Below the pieces are notes generated by a model. That model was not told the DNA's origin, did not search any database, and saw only the letters and a list, made by a program, of their open reading frames with translations. A DNA stretch of 58,324 nt, the filler included, from Basidiobolus ranarum (taxonomy: Eukaryota): assembly GCA_040143965.1 (NCBI GenBank). It is 7 parts of 7 records of this genome, joined end to end, with 100 filler letters (N's around TTAATTAATTAA, not from the genome) between each part and the next. Parts side by side here need not be neighbours in the genome. Positions count along the whole stretch, not along the records: positions 25,075 to 33,326 come from JASJQH010007870.1; positions 33,427 to 41,667 come from JASJQH010007871.1; 5 more parts are not named here. One strand, written 5' to 3'. This document shows positions 26,563 to 38,149 of this stretch, one piece after another. Positions within the stretch are counted from its first letter, which is position 1. Each line of letters opens with the position of its first letter. Position numbers and translations under genes: made by a program.

Positions 26563-27742
26563 ATGCAGAGTGTTCAATTAACCATGGGAAATTTGGGACG
26601 TGTATCCCGAAATCATATTCTTTCGACCATCTCTCAACCAGCCAAAAAGCAGTTTCTTCGACATATGGTATCGAAAACTAATAACGTACATGCCACCGCC
26701 TTAAATCATATCCCTTTGGATGTTGAACAAACACCTAGTTCTTTTAAACTACCATGTCGTGGTGAATACAATGTTCTACTAAATACCTTCTATCGTCAAC
26801 AACTCCCCCCATGTTTGACTTCTTTCACATCCGAGGAAGGAAAAAGGATATTCAAAGAGAGTTTGTGTCAAGGATATGCTGAAGGTTACTTCAATTTGGT
26901 CGGAAACTTTACTACTCAATCGGAGCCTTCTTGTAAGTGAATTTTGGGTTTTAGTTAACCCGTCGATAGTCATATATTAATGATTTTGGATTTCTTAGAT
27001 TGTGGCCCTAGTTCACTGGCTATGGTTTTGAATGCCATGGAGATTGACCCAAAGAAATGTTGGAAAGGCAATTGGAGATGGTTAGTTGCTATATATTGAG
27101 ATTATTACTACATTGATGATTTACCTAGTTCGATATATTAGGTACAGTGAGGAGTTGTTGGAAGGGTTTGATCCCATCAGGCAGTATGGTGTTAATGATT
27201 TGGAGTTTCTAGGTAAATAGTGTTTTGAACTGCATACGTTCATGAACAGTTATTGATAATTTACTTCATATAGAATTGGCAAAAAGGCACTGTCATGTTG
27301 AGGCCAAGTCAACTAAGGACGTAACACTGCAGGAGTTCATTGAAGACCTCAAACGAGTGTGTTCTAGTGGCACTGAGCATATTGTCATTTCATTTTCCCG
27401 TCGAGGATTCGATCAAGCTGGAGAAGGTCATTTCTCACCAATTGGAGGATACAATGCTGATCGTCAGCAAGCTTTAGTGATGGATGTAGCTAGGTAAATA
27501 TTGTCAGTTCAGTTTCATGGTATTCACGAATGGTAATTGACATTTTATCGAATTCCTTTAGATCCAAATATCCTAGTTACTATACCTCTGCAGAACGTAT
27601 TTACAAATCAATGAGTGAGATTGACAAAAGTACAGGTCAACCTCGTGGCTATTTCATCTTAAAATCCAATAGAGATGCTTCTATAGGGAATCATTTGCAT
27701 CAAGAGATTCCTTATATTGCACCTGAAGCCCTCGTTATGTAA
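26563..27742 (+). CDS. PCS: Phytochelatin synthase-like protein, catalytic domain only; exons 26563-26932, 26999-27080, 27142-27212, 27274-27493, 27562-27742 (307 aa)
   Basis: [18 protein letters not shown] (Cys), [17 protein letters not shown] (His), MDVAR (Asp), KYP, PRGY. Four GT-AG introns give a 924-nt in-frame CDS. Confidence 0.93.
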
Positions 27743-27956
27743 ATCCTCCCACTTGTAAATTACCCCAAATGTAATATCTGCCTTGTTCCATAGCCTAATC
27801 ATAATCTTGTACATCGTTTGCACCAATAAATTCTAGTTTTAAGAAAGCAACGCTTATTTAATATTGTTTGAGTTACATGAAGAACTGCATCGGAATTAGA
27901 GGAAATAGACAGCAATACCAAAAATTCAAGCTAATCTTGAATAGAAACCTAGAAAT

Positions 27957-29503
27957 TTAATCCTTAGCATGCATATCAACAGAAGGGTAGTATTGTGCAT
28001 ATTTCCTCAGAATCTCTTCCAGTTCAGCTTTTTGTTCGATCAAATTGGGTGTTAGTTCATCGTAGACATCTTCAAACATTTCTTTAACTGCAGGTTTCTT
28101 GAGTTTTTCTGCACTGCCGAATGATTTCAATATTTTGGTGCGAATATTATGACGAAAGTTTTTCTCCCTTTCCTCGTCCCACCATCCTTTATGTTCAAGG
28201 TATTTACGCATACGAGTCAATGGATTATCCGTTCGTTGCCAATTCTCCACTTCTTTTTTCGACCGATAAGCAGAGGAATCATCGGAGGTACTATGATGTC
28301 CTATGCGATAGGTCATAGCTTCAATTAAAACTGGTTGATGTTCTTCAACTGCAAGTCTTCTAGCTTCTTTGGTAGCATTATAAACAGCCCAAACATCGTT
28401 ACCATCCACACGAATGGTGTGCATACCATAACCAATACCTCTACTAGCAATACCATCACCACGATACTGATCAGAAGTAGGAGTAGAGATAGCAAATCCA
28501 TTATTACGACAAAAGAAGATCACTGGACATTGCATAGTAGATGCCATATTCAAAGCGGCATGGAAATCACCCTCACTAGCAGCTCCGTCACCAAAATAGC
28601 ACATAACACAGTTCTTTTTACCCTCTATTTTAAGGGCGTAAGCAGCACCTGCGGCATGTGGGATTTGAGTGGCCAAGGGAGAGGATATAGTATGGAAATT
28701 ATGCTTAGTAGAACCATAATGTACGGGCATTTGACGACCTTTACCAAAATCCAGTTCATTACTATAACATTGATTCATAAATTCGTCAAAAGTGAAGCCA
28801 CGATAAAGTAGAACTCCGCTTTCACGATACTAATATAAATATATGTATATATATATTAGTGATTATGATGGATTGAATTCAGTTGATGATAGTCACTAAC
28901 CTGACCGAATACGACATCCTCTTTATCAAGACCAGCAGCACTACCAATGTATGCTTCTTCACCATAACTTGTCATATAAAAACTTATACGTCCTTGACGT
29001 TGAGCTTCATAAAGAATCAAATCCATGATATTTAATGAGATCATATCCTCATAAATCTTCACTGCAAACTCTTTGGAGACCTAAGATTTCACTGGATAAG
29101 AGTGAGAGTAATAATGGTAAAGTGGTTACTTTAACTAACCTTGGGATCTTGAGAAGGGTCAAGGATATTACCGTCAGCATCCATGACGTGATAGGTGGGT
29201 ATAGCTTCACCTTTACCAAGGAAGTTCATTTCTTGGGTAAAATAAGAATCAGAGGCTCCAGGGAAGGGAACCTTCTTACGAAGAGCCTGACTAATAGCAG
29301 AGCGAGTTGAATTCTATGAATAATTTAGAAATAGACGTCAAAAAACATGTCACCATCTCTAACGAGAAAGGTGGAATATTGAAGCTGTTGAAAAGAGTAT
29401 CTACCTGTCGAGTAATAACTGAACCAAATATTACTGGTGTATGCTTTTTTAGAGCAATCTTGGTGTTAGAAGGTATAAAGCGACGTGCGATAAGTCCAAG
29501 CAT
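27957..29503 (-). CDS. BCKDHA: 2-oxoisovalerate (branched-chain keto acid) dehydrogenase E1 alpha, mitochondrial, multi-exon
   Basis: [28 protein letters not shown] motif [23 protein letters not shown]; basic presequence [11 protein letters not shown]. Confidence 0.96.
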
Positions 29504-30275
29504 AGTGGTTGGATTCTAATGAGGTGATGTAGACAATGAAAAGTATAGACGAAAGGGGTTGTTGAAGAGAGGTTTGAAGGATATATGTGATTGAGTGACT
29601 TGGTTTGGGCTCTAGCTACAACTGGGTGTGGGAAGTGGTGCGTGACTATGTTTTACTAACCATGTGACCCTGGGAGCATTAACTTGTTCTCCCCTAGAAT
29701 TAAGCCATCACAGCATATTTACACGACAGATAAACAGGAGATCATTGACTTTATTGATAAATTTGAATGTGGATTGATTTCAACTGAATATTTCTACACA
29801 ACTTACTGCCATAAATGCCATCCATTTGAAGTTAACGTCACCAAGCTATCAACGATTGTATATATACAATTGGATGATGGATCAAGTAGAACAACACAAG
29901 TACCAGTTTACCGTGAGAAAAATCCAATGGTATCGAAATTCTCTTGACAACCGGTCAAACAATTTGTTAGGTGAATTTTATGTCATTAATGTTTTATAAA
30001 AGTAACATGATTCTTAAGGCGGATATTTCATGATATTGAATTCACTTTTAGTTTTTAGGCATGCACAATTGATTCGAATATTTCTATAACTTTGAAACAA
30101 CTCTCCAAGTCAATGGAATTTAAGAGTGTTAAGAAAAATAAGACGAAATAAAGCAGTCAAATGATATTCAAATAAAATGGAGAAAATGAATATAATATAT
30201 TGTAAAATAAGTGTGCTTCACAAAGCTACATTTCTAGATAAAAATAAAACAAAGTATATGCAGTATTAGAAAATA

Positions 30276-31391
30276 TCAAAGCAGAACTAAAAGTTTTTGC
30301 ATAAGCAATACTATGACAACAGCTACGGCGCCACCCATCATAGCACTGTCGAAGTTGAATTTGGAAGAATTCGTTGGATGAGCGTGTAAACCAAAAGAGT
30401 TGGGTACATCAGAGCCATCTTTAGCATAGTACTTAGCAAAGAAATCATTTTGTAACCAAAGAACCTTGTTAAAAGCCAAGATAACTCTTAATTCATGTTC
30501 TCTCTCGAGCTTCAGGGTAGTGACGGCCCAAATCAAAGTTGATTCGACGAAACCAAGAAGAGCAGAGATGTGAATGTATTCAACGTTGATTTTGGACTTC
30601 TTTCCGGGGATGTCGGTATGGATCTTAGCAACCCAGTCCAGATATTTGATCATACGTTCATCATAGGGGTTGTTCAATAGACGGCCAATATAGCGCGTCA
30701 ACATATCCTTACGATACTTGATCTGCGAGCTGTTTACATCAAGTTCACGAATATCCTCGACAACTTTTCCTGCGAAACCCTCGTGACGAGCAGCCATAGT
30801 CTGCCAAGTAATATCGAATGTTTTAAGTTTGTCATAAACAGCGTCGACTAAAACTGCACCAAGAGGAGCGAGTTGCTCGGAAACGGATTTGATAGCCTCG
30901 ACATCTTTCTCGGCGAAGTCCACGAATTTGGCGACATATTGATAACGATATACTGGATCCGTATGAACCAGTAAACGGTCTACGTGTTCTATAGTCAGCT
31001 CTTTATGTGCAGATTTTTCCTCTTTGCGACCAGCAGCATCATCGCAAGCAACCTTAGCCACTGTAATTACTTTGGCGACCATTTCTTCGGATACATTCAA
31101 ATCACGTAGAGCTTTACTAAGATCATCGACTACAGCGTCGAAATGCTCGTCTTTGAGGTTGAGATGGCGATGAGCAATGTTCATCTTCTCACCATTATTG
31201 GCTGGGCCACCGAGAGAAAAGGCCAAGGATTTTGTCAGTATGATACGTTGTTTTTCCATATCAACGCCAACAAAGAATTGTTTAATTCGGACATCATTCA
31301 AAACGTATTTGCTGTAGAATAGATCTATAACTTGGGAGATGGTTTCTTCACCACCAAGTGTTTGATAAAGGGATTTTTCAATGGTAGACAT
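30276..31391 (-). CDS. Intronless two-globin fusion: group I truncated (2/2) haemoglobin + protoglobin/sensor-type globin + C-terminal TM segment (371 aa)
   Basis: N-domain SLYQTLGG...FY...FF.GVDMEKQ...LGGP...AHRHL...EHFDAV. Second domain FVDF...LVDAVYDKL...YLDWVAKIH...VEYIH...AFNKVLWLQNDFF. Hydrophobic tail. Minus-strand TATATAA at 31442-31448 supports the ATG at 31391. Confidence 0.88.
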   Translation of the reverse strand: MSTIEKSLYQTLGGEETISQVIDLFYSKYVLNDVRIKQFFVGVDMEKQRIILTKSLAFSLGGPANNGEKMNIAHRHLNLKDEHFDAVVDDLSKALRDLNVSEEMVAKVITVAKVACDDAAGRKEEKSAHKELTIEHVDRLLVHTDPVYRYQYVAKFVDFAEKDVEAIKSVSEQLAPLGAVLVDAVYDKLKTFDITWQTMAARHEGFAGKVVEDIRELDVNSSQIKYRKDMLTRYIGRLLNNPYDERMIKYLDWVAKIHTDIPGKKSKINVEYIHISALLGFVESTLIWAVTTLKLEREHELRVILAFNKVLWLQNDFFAKYYAKDGSDVPNSFGLHAHPTNSSKFNFDSAMMGGAVAVVIVLLMQKLLVLL

Positions 31392-31615
31392 GTTGATTGA
31401 GGAGATTTTTGATAATGCTATTAAGCCTAGGCATCTCTTTATTATATACTCCACATTTCCCTAGTCTCTACGATAATAGCAAATATAACGTATCTGGAAA
31501 TGTTAACTCTATTTGGTATTAGAGCCAATCAATATAGGCCCGATGAATAATCAAGGGCAAATATGGTTCTTAGTTTGGACAAAAATGTTATTAACCAAGC
31601 GAATACTCATTAAAT

Positions 31616-31663
31616 TGGCAGTAATTCTGGCAGTAATTCTGGCAGTAATTCTGGCAGTAATTC
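31616..31663. repeat. Tandem repeat, 4 x 12 bp (TGGCAGTAATTC)
   Basis: Four exact copies. Confidence 0.97.
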
Positions 31664-31852
31664 GCATATTCAAATCAAGAACATTAGAGGAAATCGCAAT
31701 TACAAATGCTCGCTTGTCACATGACTGGACTACTGCTGTAAATCTGATAACACTCATGGTTGTTACCAAATATGTTCACGATTTGATATTACACTCCCGA
31801 TCTCCTACCAAACCCACTGTAGAACCCACTATAGCATTCATTTCTCAAATGT

Positions 31853-31938
31853 ATCTCACTATTTCTATGTTTAACGCATCTCACTATTTCTATGTTTAAC
31901 GCATCTCACTATTTCTATGTTTAACGCATCTCACTATT
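31853..31938. repeat. Tandem repeat, ~3.4 x 25 bp (ATCTCACTATTTCTATGTTTAACGC)
   Basis: Three exact copies plus a partial, no spacers. Confidence 0.97.
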
Positions 31939-32203
31939 ACAATATACAATAGTATGGATGTTGTCATCAATATGTGTTTATATACGTATTCTTTGTGACA
32001 TCACCACGAATCGTTTAATTGTATTCTTTCTTGTCATGCACTGAGTCAGAGAGACACCATTGACTCACGATAGTGATTTGAGCTATATAAGTCACCATCC
32101 TCAGCAAGAGCTCAGCCATCAAGCCAGAATGACTATTTTAATCCAATCCACCAGAGCAACCCTTCGCGCTTATAATAAGACACCTTTGATATGTCTAAAT
32201 AAA

Positions 32204-32455
32204 ATGACCACTACAGGGTATGGAAATCAAGACTCAGATTGCAAAAAGGAACAGGAGAAGAATGAAAAGCATTCCTCAAAAAAGGAACAAGAAAAGAATG
32301 AAAATCATTCCCCACCTACTGAAAGTCATCCCTCATCTACCAAAAGTTCCGTACAAACTCCTATCAGCTCCGATGTAGGTGGATCGAATAAACTTCCAAA
32401 ATCTACTGAAGATGTTGAGAATTCTGTTCGTAAGAATGTTGCCCATGAAGATTAA
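32204..32455 (+). CDS. Possible small hydrophilic/disordered protein (83 aa)
   Basis: AAAATG start, upstream TATATAA near 32084, duplicated KKEQEKNE peptide; no recognisable domain. Confidence 0.35.
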   Translation: MTTTGYGNQDSDCKKEQEKNEKHSSKKEQEKNENHSPPTESHPSSTKSSVQTPISSDVGGSNKLPKSTEDVENSVRKNVAHED

Positions 32456-32880
32456 TAAATGATGTCAATTCCAATCCCTGAATAATATCTAATGACGTTG
32501 AAGTTACGAATGATTTATGACTGTGGCTATGACCGTGATCGTGACTCCAAATTCAATTTCCTTCTTAAATATATAACTGAGGAACACTTCCACCACACCA
32601 ATGAGATCACTTTCCCTACTTACAATATGTCTCTTCATACTTTGTTTACTTCTCGTTCTTAAACTAAAAAGTCAGGGAAAACTACTTGAGCCCGAGTATA
32701 ATACGGGTTTAGTTAGGAAAACCCCGACTAAGCTCATACAGCATAGAAGCAATCACTGGATATTTAAAACATGAATTAAAATTATTTTATTTATATTCGA
32801 TAAATTACGTTGTTATATATCAATCAAACAGATTCATGTAGATGCCTTAGTAATTAATTAGAAACCTGGGGCCATGTCAT

Positions 32881-33326
32881 TTATACTTCCAATATCTGGC
32901 CTTCAATCAATTTCTTAAAAGGATGAGAAATCAACTTCTCATAAGTGTCCATTTCTGCGATTTGCCCATTCTCAAGACAGATCACAACGTCCGAATTCTT
33001 GAGCGTAGAAAGACGATGAGCAATGGTAATAACGGTACGATTACAAGTTAGTCGATCCAAAGCCTCTTGAACCAACTTTTCATTCTCACTATCCAAGGCA
33101 CTGGTAGCCTCATCCAGAATCAACAAGATCGGATCACACAGCAGTGCTCTAGCAATAGCGATTCTATCGCGGAATCAAGAAAATTTAATAAAAAACCAGA
33201 AAACTAATCACCATCATAATCTAACTACCTTTGTTTTTGACCGCCACTTAAAGCAACACCTCGTTCTCCAACGTAAGTATCTAAACCCTCTGGGAATTCT
33301 TCGATGAACCCACAATTGGCAATTTT
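32881..33326 (-). CDS. ABCB-family (Mdl1/ABCB10-like) transporter, 3' end of nucleotide-binding domain; intron 33228-33164
   Basis: [38 protein letters not shown]. Confidence 0.9.
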
Positions 33327-33426
33327 NNNNNNNNNNNNNNNNNNNNNNNNNNNNNNNNNNNNNNNNNNNNTTAATTAATTAANNNNNNNNNNNNNNNNNN
33401 NNNNNNNNNNNNNNNNNNNNNNNNNN
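33327..33426. other. Artificial contig spacer
   Basis: N44-TTAATTAATTAA-N44. Confidence 0.99.
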
Positions 33427-33541
33427 CTATTATTTAAAGCAATAAACACATGTTTTTGAATGGAGGAATTGTGTGCTAAATAATCAGAATATGAATAAGC
33501 TAACTACTAAAGAATGAGTTGCTATTTACCTAATTTCAACA
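33427..33541 (-). repeat. Copia-family LTR fragment (cut by contig end)
   Basis: Aligns by eye with 40376-40490; begins TGTTGAA on the minus strand. Confidence 0.75.
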
Positions 33542-33779
33542 CCTTTCATAGCCAAATTAGATGCTGTTGTTAAAGTGTAAAAAGACATTTCAGAACCCAG
33601 TAAGAATATGTGTAACAGCATATGCAGGAACTATGAAATTGATTAATAGGTAATGAGTAGCACATATGCACCAAAAATGCATACATAGTGTGACACAGAA
33701 GCCTTCAAATAAGGGGTACATGATCAGCCAACAATAATGGAGGATCTCCCAAATGCCATGCTTGAGCTGCCAAAACAGG

Positions 33780-35300
33780 CTGTTCCATCCCCCTATTCTC
33801 ATACTGGATTTCAATCAATTTTGCACCAAATATATCAAGATTGCTGCAACAATATTGCTGAGCAAAGTAGGTGTGCAACATTCAGCCTAGAAAAGGATTG
33901 GATGTTGCCCTGGCACATGGAAGTAGAAATCTCTCAGAGAAACCAGCAGACAAGATAATAACTAAGCAGTTGTTACTTGCATAGATGATGAATGGTTCAA
34001 AATATTGTGAACTCTTCAAAATCTTGAACAAAATCATCTCTGTTAAAGTTAACCCTAGAAGCACTAGAAGCAAGCTCTTATTTGGCAAGCTCTTGACTTC
34101 TTTTATGTTGTATAAACTGGCTTCTTACAAGCACATGGCAGTGAGTGATATATGTCATTTCACAAAATGCCTTAATTTGAGCATATAATTGACTTGGAAA
34201 AAACAGCTACAGCAGTATTTAAGGAGCAGGACAGATGTGAGCTCATGGGAACAAGGAAGGAGTTTTGGAGCCCTCAGGATACTAGCCCATGAGTACAATA
34301 CATTTCATAACCAATAATATCAAAAATGTTATAATTGAGACATTTGTAGAGATACCATCAAAAAGTTTGACCTTACCATATAACTAAGCACTCTAGCTGA
34401 ATAAGCTCAACTGTCAAACAATTGCTCAATGTCTATGAAATCTCAACAGTTTTAAACACAGAAACAGGATTTGCAGTCATCTAACCTTAATGGCAACTTT
34501 TTACAGAGTTGATGATAGTAACTAACAATAAAGCAACTAAAACACCCATAATCAAAAGGAGTGGGCTCTATCTAGAAATGTGTATGAAATTCAAAACCTT
34601 AACTGAAAACTACTTCAAAAAGCCTGAAGGGGAAAACCTGATGGAAATAACTTGCTTCTCAGATAAAACTTTGAACTTGATTTTTCATTTTGAGTTCACC
34701 AGGCCAATATCTTTGGAGAATTTAATGCAACAGGTTTCAACATATGCATCGGAAAACTGGAAGAATATTAGCAGCACAACAGTACTACAATGGTGCGTTT
34801 GATGGAGTGAGTGATCTATGGTTGCATTGCATATGGGCTAAACTTTGGTTATTAAGAACTTCATTATAGCTTTCAACACCATACGGTAAAGAAGCTGAAG
34901 ATTTGGAAGCTTAAAAATCAGTCAACAATTACTAAATAGCTAACTTAGAATGTTGTTTTTCAAAAAGTACTTAATCCCAAGTTTCTATTACTGGAGCCAT
35001 TAAATAAATAACATTTTGAAAGATCTGAAAATTTCAAATCTCTGAGCTAAAAGTTAAATAAATTTCACATCTTGCTTGCCAATACTATTGTGTGATTTGG
35101 CCAGCTTGACATACATCAAAAACTTGTGATATCCCCAGATTCCCTTGTAAGTTATTTTCTGTTATTGTTCAAGTGTTCCAATCAGTTGTCAATTCAACCA
35201 TGAGAAAAGTAGCTGTTAGTACCATATCTTGAACATATATGCATGCTGGTGGGTAACTAACAATTTCTGCCAGTGACCACCTCATATCTGATAAAAGTAT
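33780..35300 (+). mobile_element. Highly decayed retroelement pol relic, possibly Ty3/gypsy
   Basis: Only faint RNase H-like traces near 33790-34100; many stops; CpG-depleted. Confidence 0.3.
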
Positions 35301-35449
35301 ATACTTGACTGGGAAAAGATTAGGATTTGTGAATTAGATACTTTGGATTAATTTGCATTGATTAAGTGCTACTCATAGTTAACTATACAATAGGACTCAA
35401 TGAAAAGCTAAGATTGCAACTAACTTGCCTGATGATGAACACACATTCT

Positions 35450-35720
35450 TGCAAAAAGAGTTTGGTAGATTTGGTATTTTTTTGGACAAGATATGACATT
35501 GTGAATTAAGCACTTAAGCTTCATAGAATAAAGTTTGTCCTACTTACAGTTTATTAAGAATTGGACTAATGAATGAGCTATATTACAAAATATTTGCCTG
35601 TAAAGCATGGGTAAAAATTTGAGATGACTTAGAGAAGTTATGAAATAATAGTGAAAATTTGCAAACAGGAATTAATTGATGTATCAATGAATTGGAGCAA
35701 TAAAGACATTTTTTTGACTG
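35450..35720 (-). repeat. Diverged copy of the same copia LTR
   Basis: Colinear matches to 40150-40410 (tttggacaaga..ttgtgaatt, ggactaatgaatg, aagcatgggtaaaa, attggagcaataaa). Confidence 0.65.
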
Positions 35721-36149
35721 TTATAACTAAGGGACAAGTAAGCATCATATGAAAAGCCTAACAGCTAAATAGTGAGCTGCTAATTATCTATTTTCACTTT
35801 TACTACACAATAATTACTTTTTGTTTCTTTTTAACTGTTTTAATACCTTGAAAATTCAAATTGTGCCTTTGCTCAAGGTTAGGTAAAGATGTCAGCCATC
35901 ATTTTCTTAATAGAGCAATTAACAAGCTGAATTATGTTGTTCACCAAAGTTCCTCTCACAAAAGGATGCCTGATAAATAATTGTTTTGTTCTGGTATGAA
36001 ATATAGAGTTTTTACCCAATTAGATACAACTTTCATTGTTACAAATCCTAAGTTACTAAGAATTATGGGGGAGGTTGATTAGGCTAATATCATAGTTACC
36101 AAAACCTCACCAAAGATCATTGAGGGAGATACTCTTGCATTTGTACTTT

Positions 36150-37900
36150 AACAGATACATCAGAAGAGTAATGACTCAACTACTGATTACTATTCCAATT
36201 ACTATATCAGTATATAGGTATATCATAATGGGCTGCACAGCTCTTGTTCAAAACATCATGGGATTGCATTGCAACCAGTTGATGCAGGTTGGGTGGCACA
36301 GTCATGACAATCATGTAATCTACTCTGAGAGAAGGCAACTGATCCTAAGCCCTTCCACAAATATGATCATTAGACTAGCACATGGCCAATTATGACTATA
36401 TATTGGCATATCTTATGACTGCTTGCTTAAGCTGATTGATATCTGAATAACTGATAGTACAGGTAGTACTGATCTGAGATACTACAGATATACCAAAGTC
36501 TCAATATACCATTATAGCTGAAATTGGTATAACTTAACTAATAGTTGAATAGCTTTGATTAGAAAGTCATTGCATTCTCTCTCACTAAGAATGCAGAGAT
36601 GGTGATGAGTCTTTCTCTTTGTGGTATCTATAGTTTGTTGGTGTATCATTGTCTTGAATTGTAGCAGTTTTGAGTCTATCCAAATGGGCTCGGCACTAGT
36701 TGGTGACTCCTTGTTTATTCTGCAGCTGTTATATCTGGAATGGGCACTCTCTGATGACCTTTTAAGGTCCTGAATAAGGAGGATCCAACTCCTTCTTGGT
36801 GTTCTTTCAAAACAACACACAGGTTACTTGAGCAATTAGTATTCAGCTTACAGTGTTTGATGACTAAGACAAGTCTTGACTATTTCACCTTGTTGTTTTT
36901 CATCTTAGGCTACCAGTCTTTGATCTCCCATAGGCTGAGTGTTACTTCAGTGCCTCAAAGTCCATAATTATTCTGTAGCCTATGGACCAAAGCCAACTGG
37001 TTGGGATACAAACTGTAAGGTATTGGCTATTCTTGAAAAATAGAGTACAGTGATTCTTTTGTACTACATATTCTCCTGCTTCTTGACAAATTAATTTTGA
37101 ACTTACTATCCTACTGGTTCTCAGAGTGCATGGACCTCCAAAATCTGTGTTACTAGAACTGGCCAACTTGATTTGTTAATGACATTGATTTCCTTGGGCT
37201 TGGCAACTTAAGACAAAGCTTCTGCTACTACATTCACTTTTACAGGGCAATGTATGATATCCAAATTAAACTAGTTCATTTATTCATTTCTTCATATAAT
37301 ACTTCTTGACAACACCTTTTGGGTGGAAACATACTTTAGAGAGGCATTCTCAATCTTCATAGCATTCTTGGCTTCTTTGAAATAGCATATCCATATTTTG
37401 AGGCAATAGAAAATAGCAAGCATCTTCTTTTCATGAACTTGATAGTTCTGTTCAGCACTAGATTTGTTCAATTGGATTAGGTCTTATTGTTGAGCTCAAT
37501 CTTTCATCTAAACACACTATATGTCAAAATCCATTAGTTACCATGGCTAGGTCCTATGATGCACAATTGAGCACTATGAGAAACAGTATTGCACCATTGC
37601 ACCACCATCAGGCATATTGATATTTTTGAAAACATCATGCCAGCATGTCCTAAGTTGCCTTAAAAAGAAATGCCAAATTTGGATTTTGGATAACTAATAA
37701 TAAAAGTTCATCCCCTAGTCTGTAACTTTGTAATTCTTGATTGTACAACAATAATGGATTTATACTGTAACTTACCTAATCAAATGTATAGCCAAGAGAT
37801 TGGCATATTTCTTGGCCAATCATTTAATTTTTGTTCACACAATGTCTTGATCTTCAATTGGGCCCATAGTTTATATGTTGTAAATCTTTAGTACCTAAGT
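36150..37900 (-). mobile_element. Degenerate Ty3/gypsy pol relic (RT end, RNase H, integrase)
   Basis: Minus-strand SAEQNYQVHEKKMLAIFYCLKIW (~37380-37460) and IIHCPVKVNVVAEALS (~37210-37260); many stops and frameshifts. Confidence 0.75.
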
Positions 37901-38149
37901 AGTAAAAAGGGTTTGGTAAAATGTCATTGTATTTGCTTAAATTGGACTAAGTTTAACAAGGGAGATACCTCTGTGCTTACACTTAAACTGATGGTGCAGA
38001 TGAGTAATAACTCATGTATTGAATACTAATCTAATTACTAAAGCAGGATCTAGATTCTTCATAGTTGGGTGGCACAGTAGTGGGCTAAGACATCCTGGAA
38101 TGGCACAGCAATTAGTTGTTTCATGTTGGGGTGTTGCAGTCAATATGAT

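Noticed and set aside
14536-27742. Biosynthetic cluster linking the NRPS with ZNHIT2, RPL20 or the PCS/iron boxes (e.g. a siderophore cluster)
   Set aside because: They are on different contigs separated by artificial spacers, and the NRPS lacks the T-C repeats of ferrichrome synthetases.
31513-31899. 128-aa ORF with (AVIL)n pseudo-TM segment
   Set aside because: The hydrophobic run is just the translated 12-bp minisatellite; no ATG start.
31853-31938. 25-bp repeats as a CRISPR array
   Set aside because: Head-to-tail copies without spacers, eukaryotic context, no cas genes.
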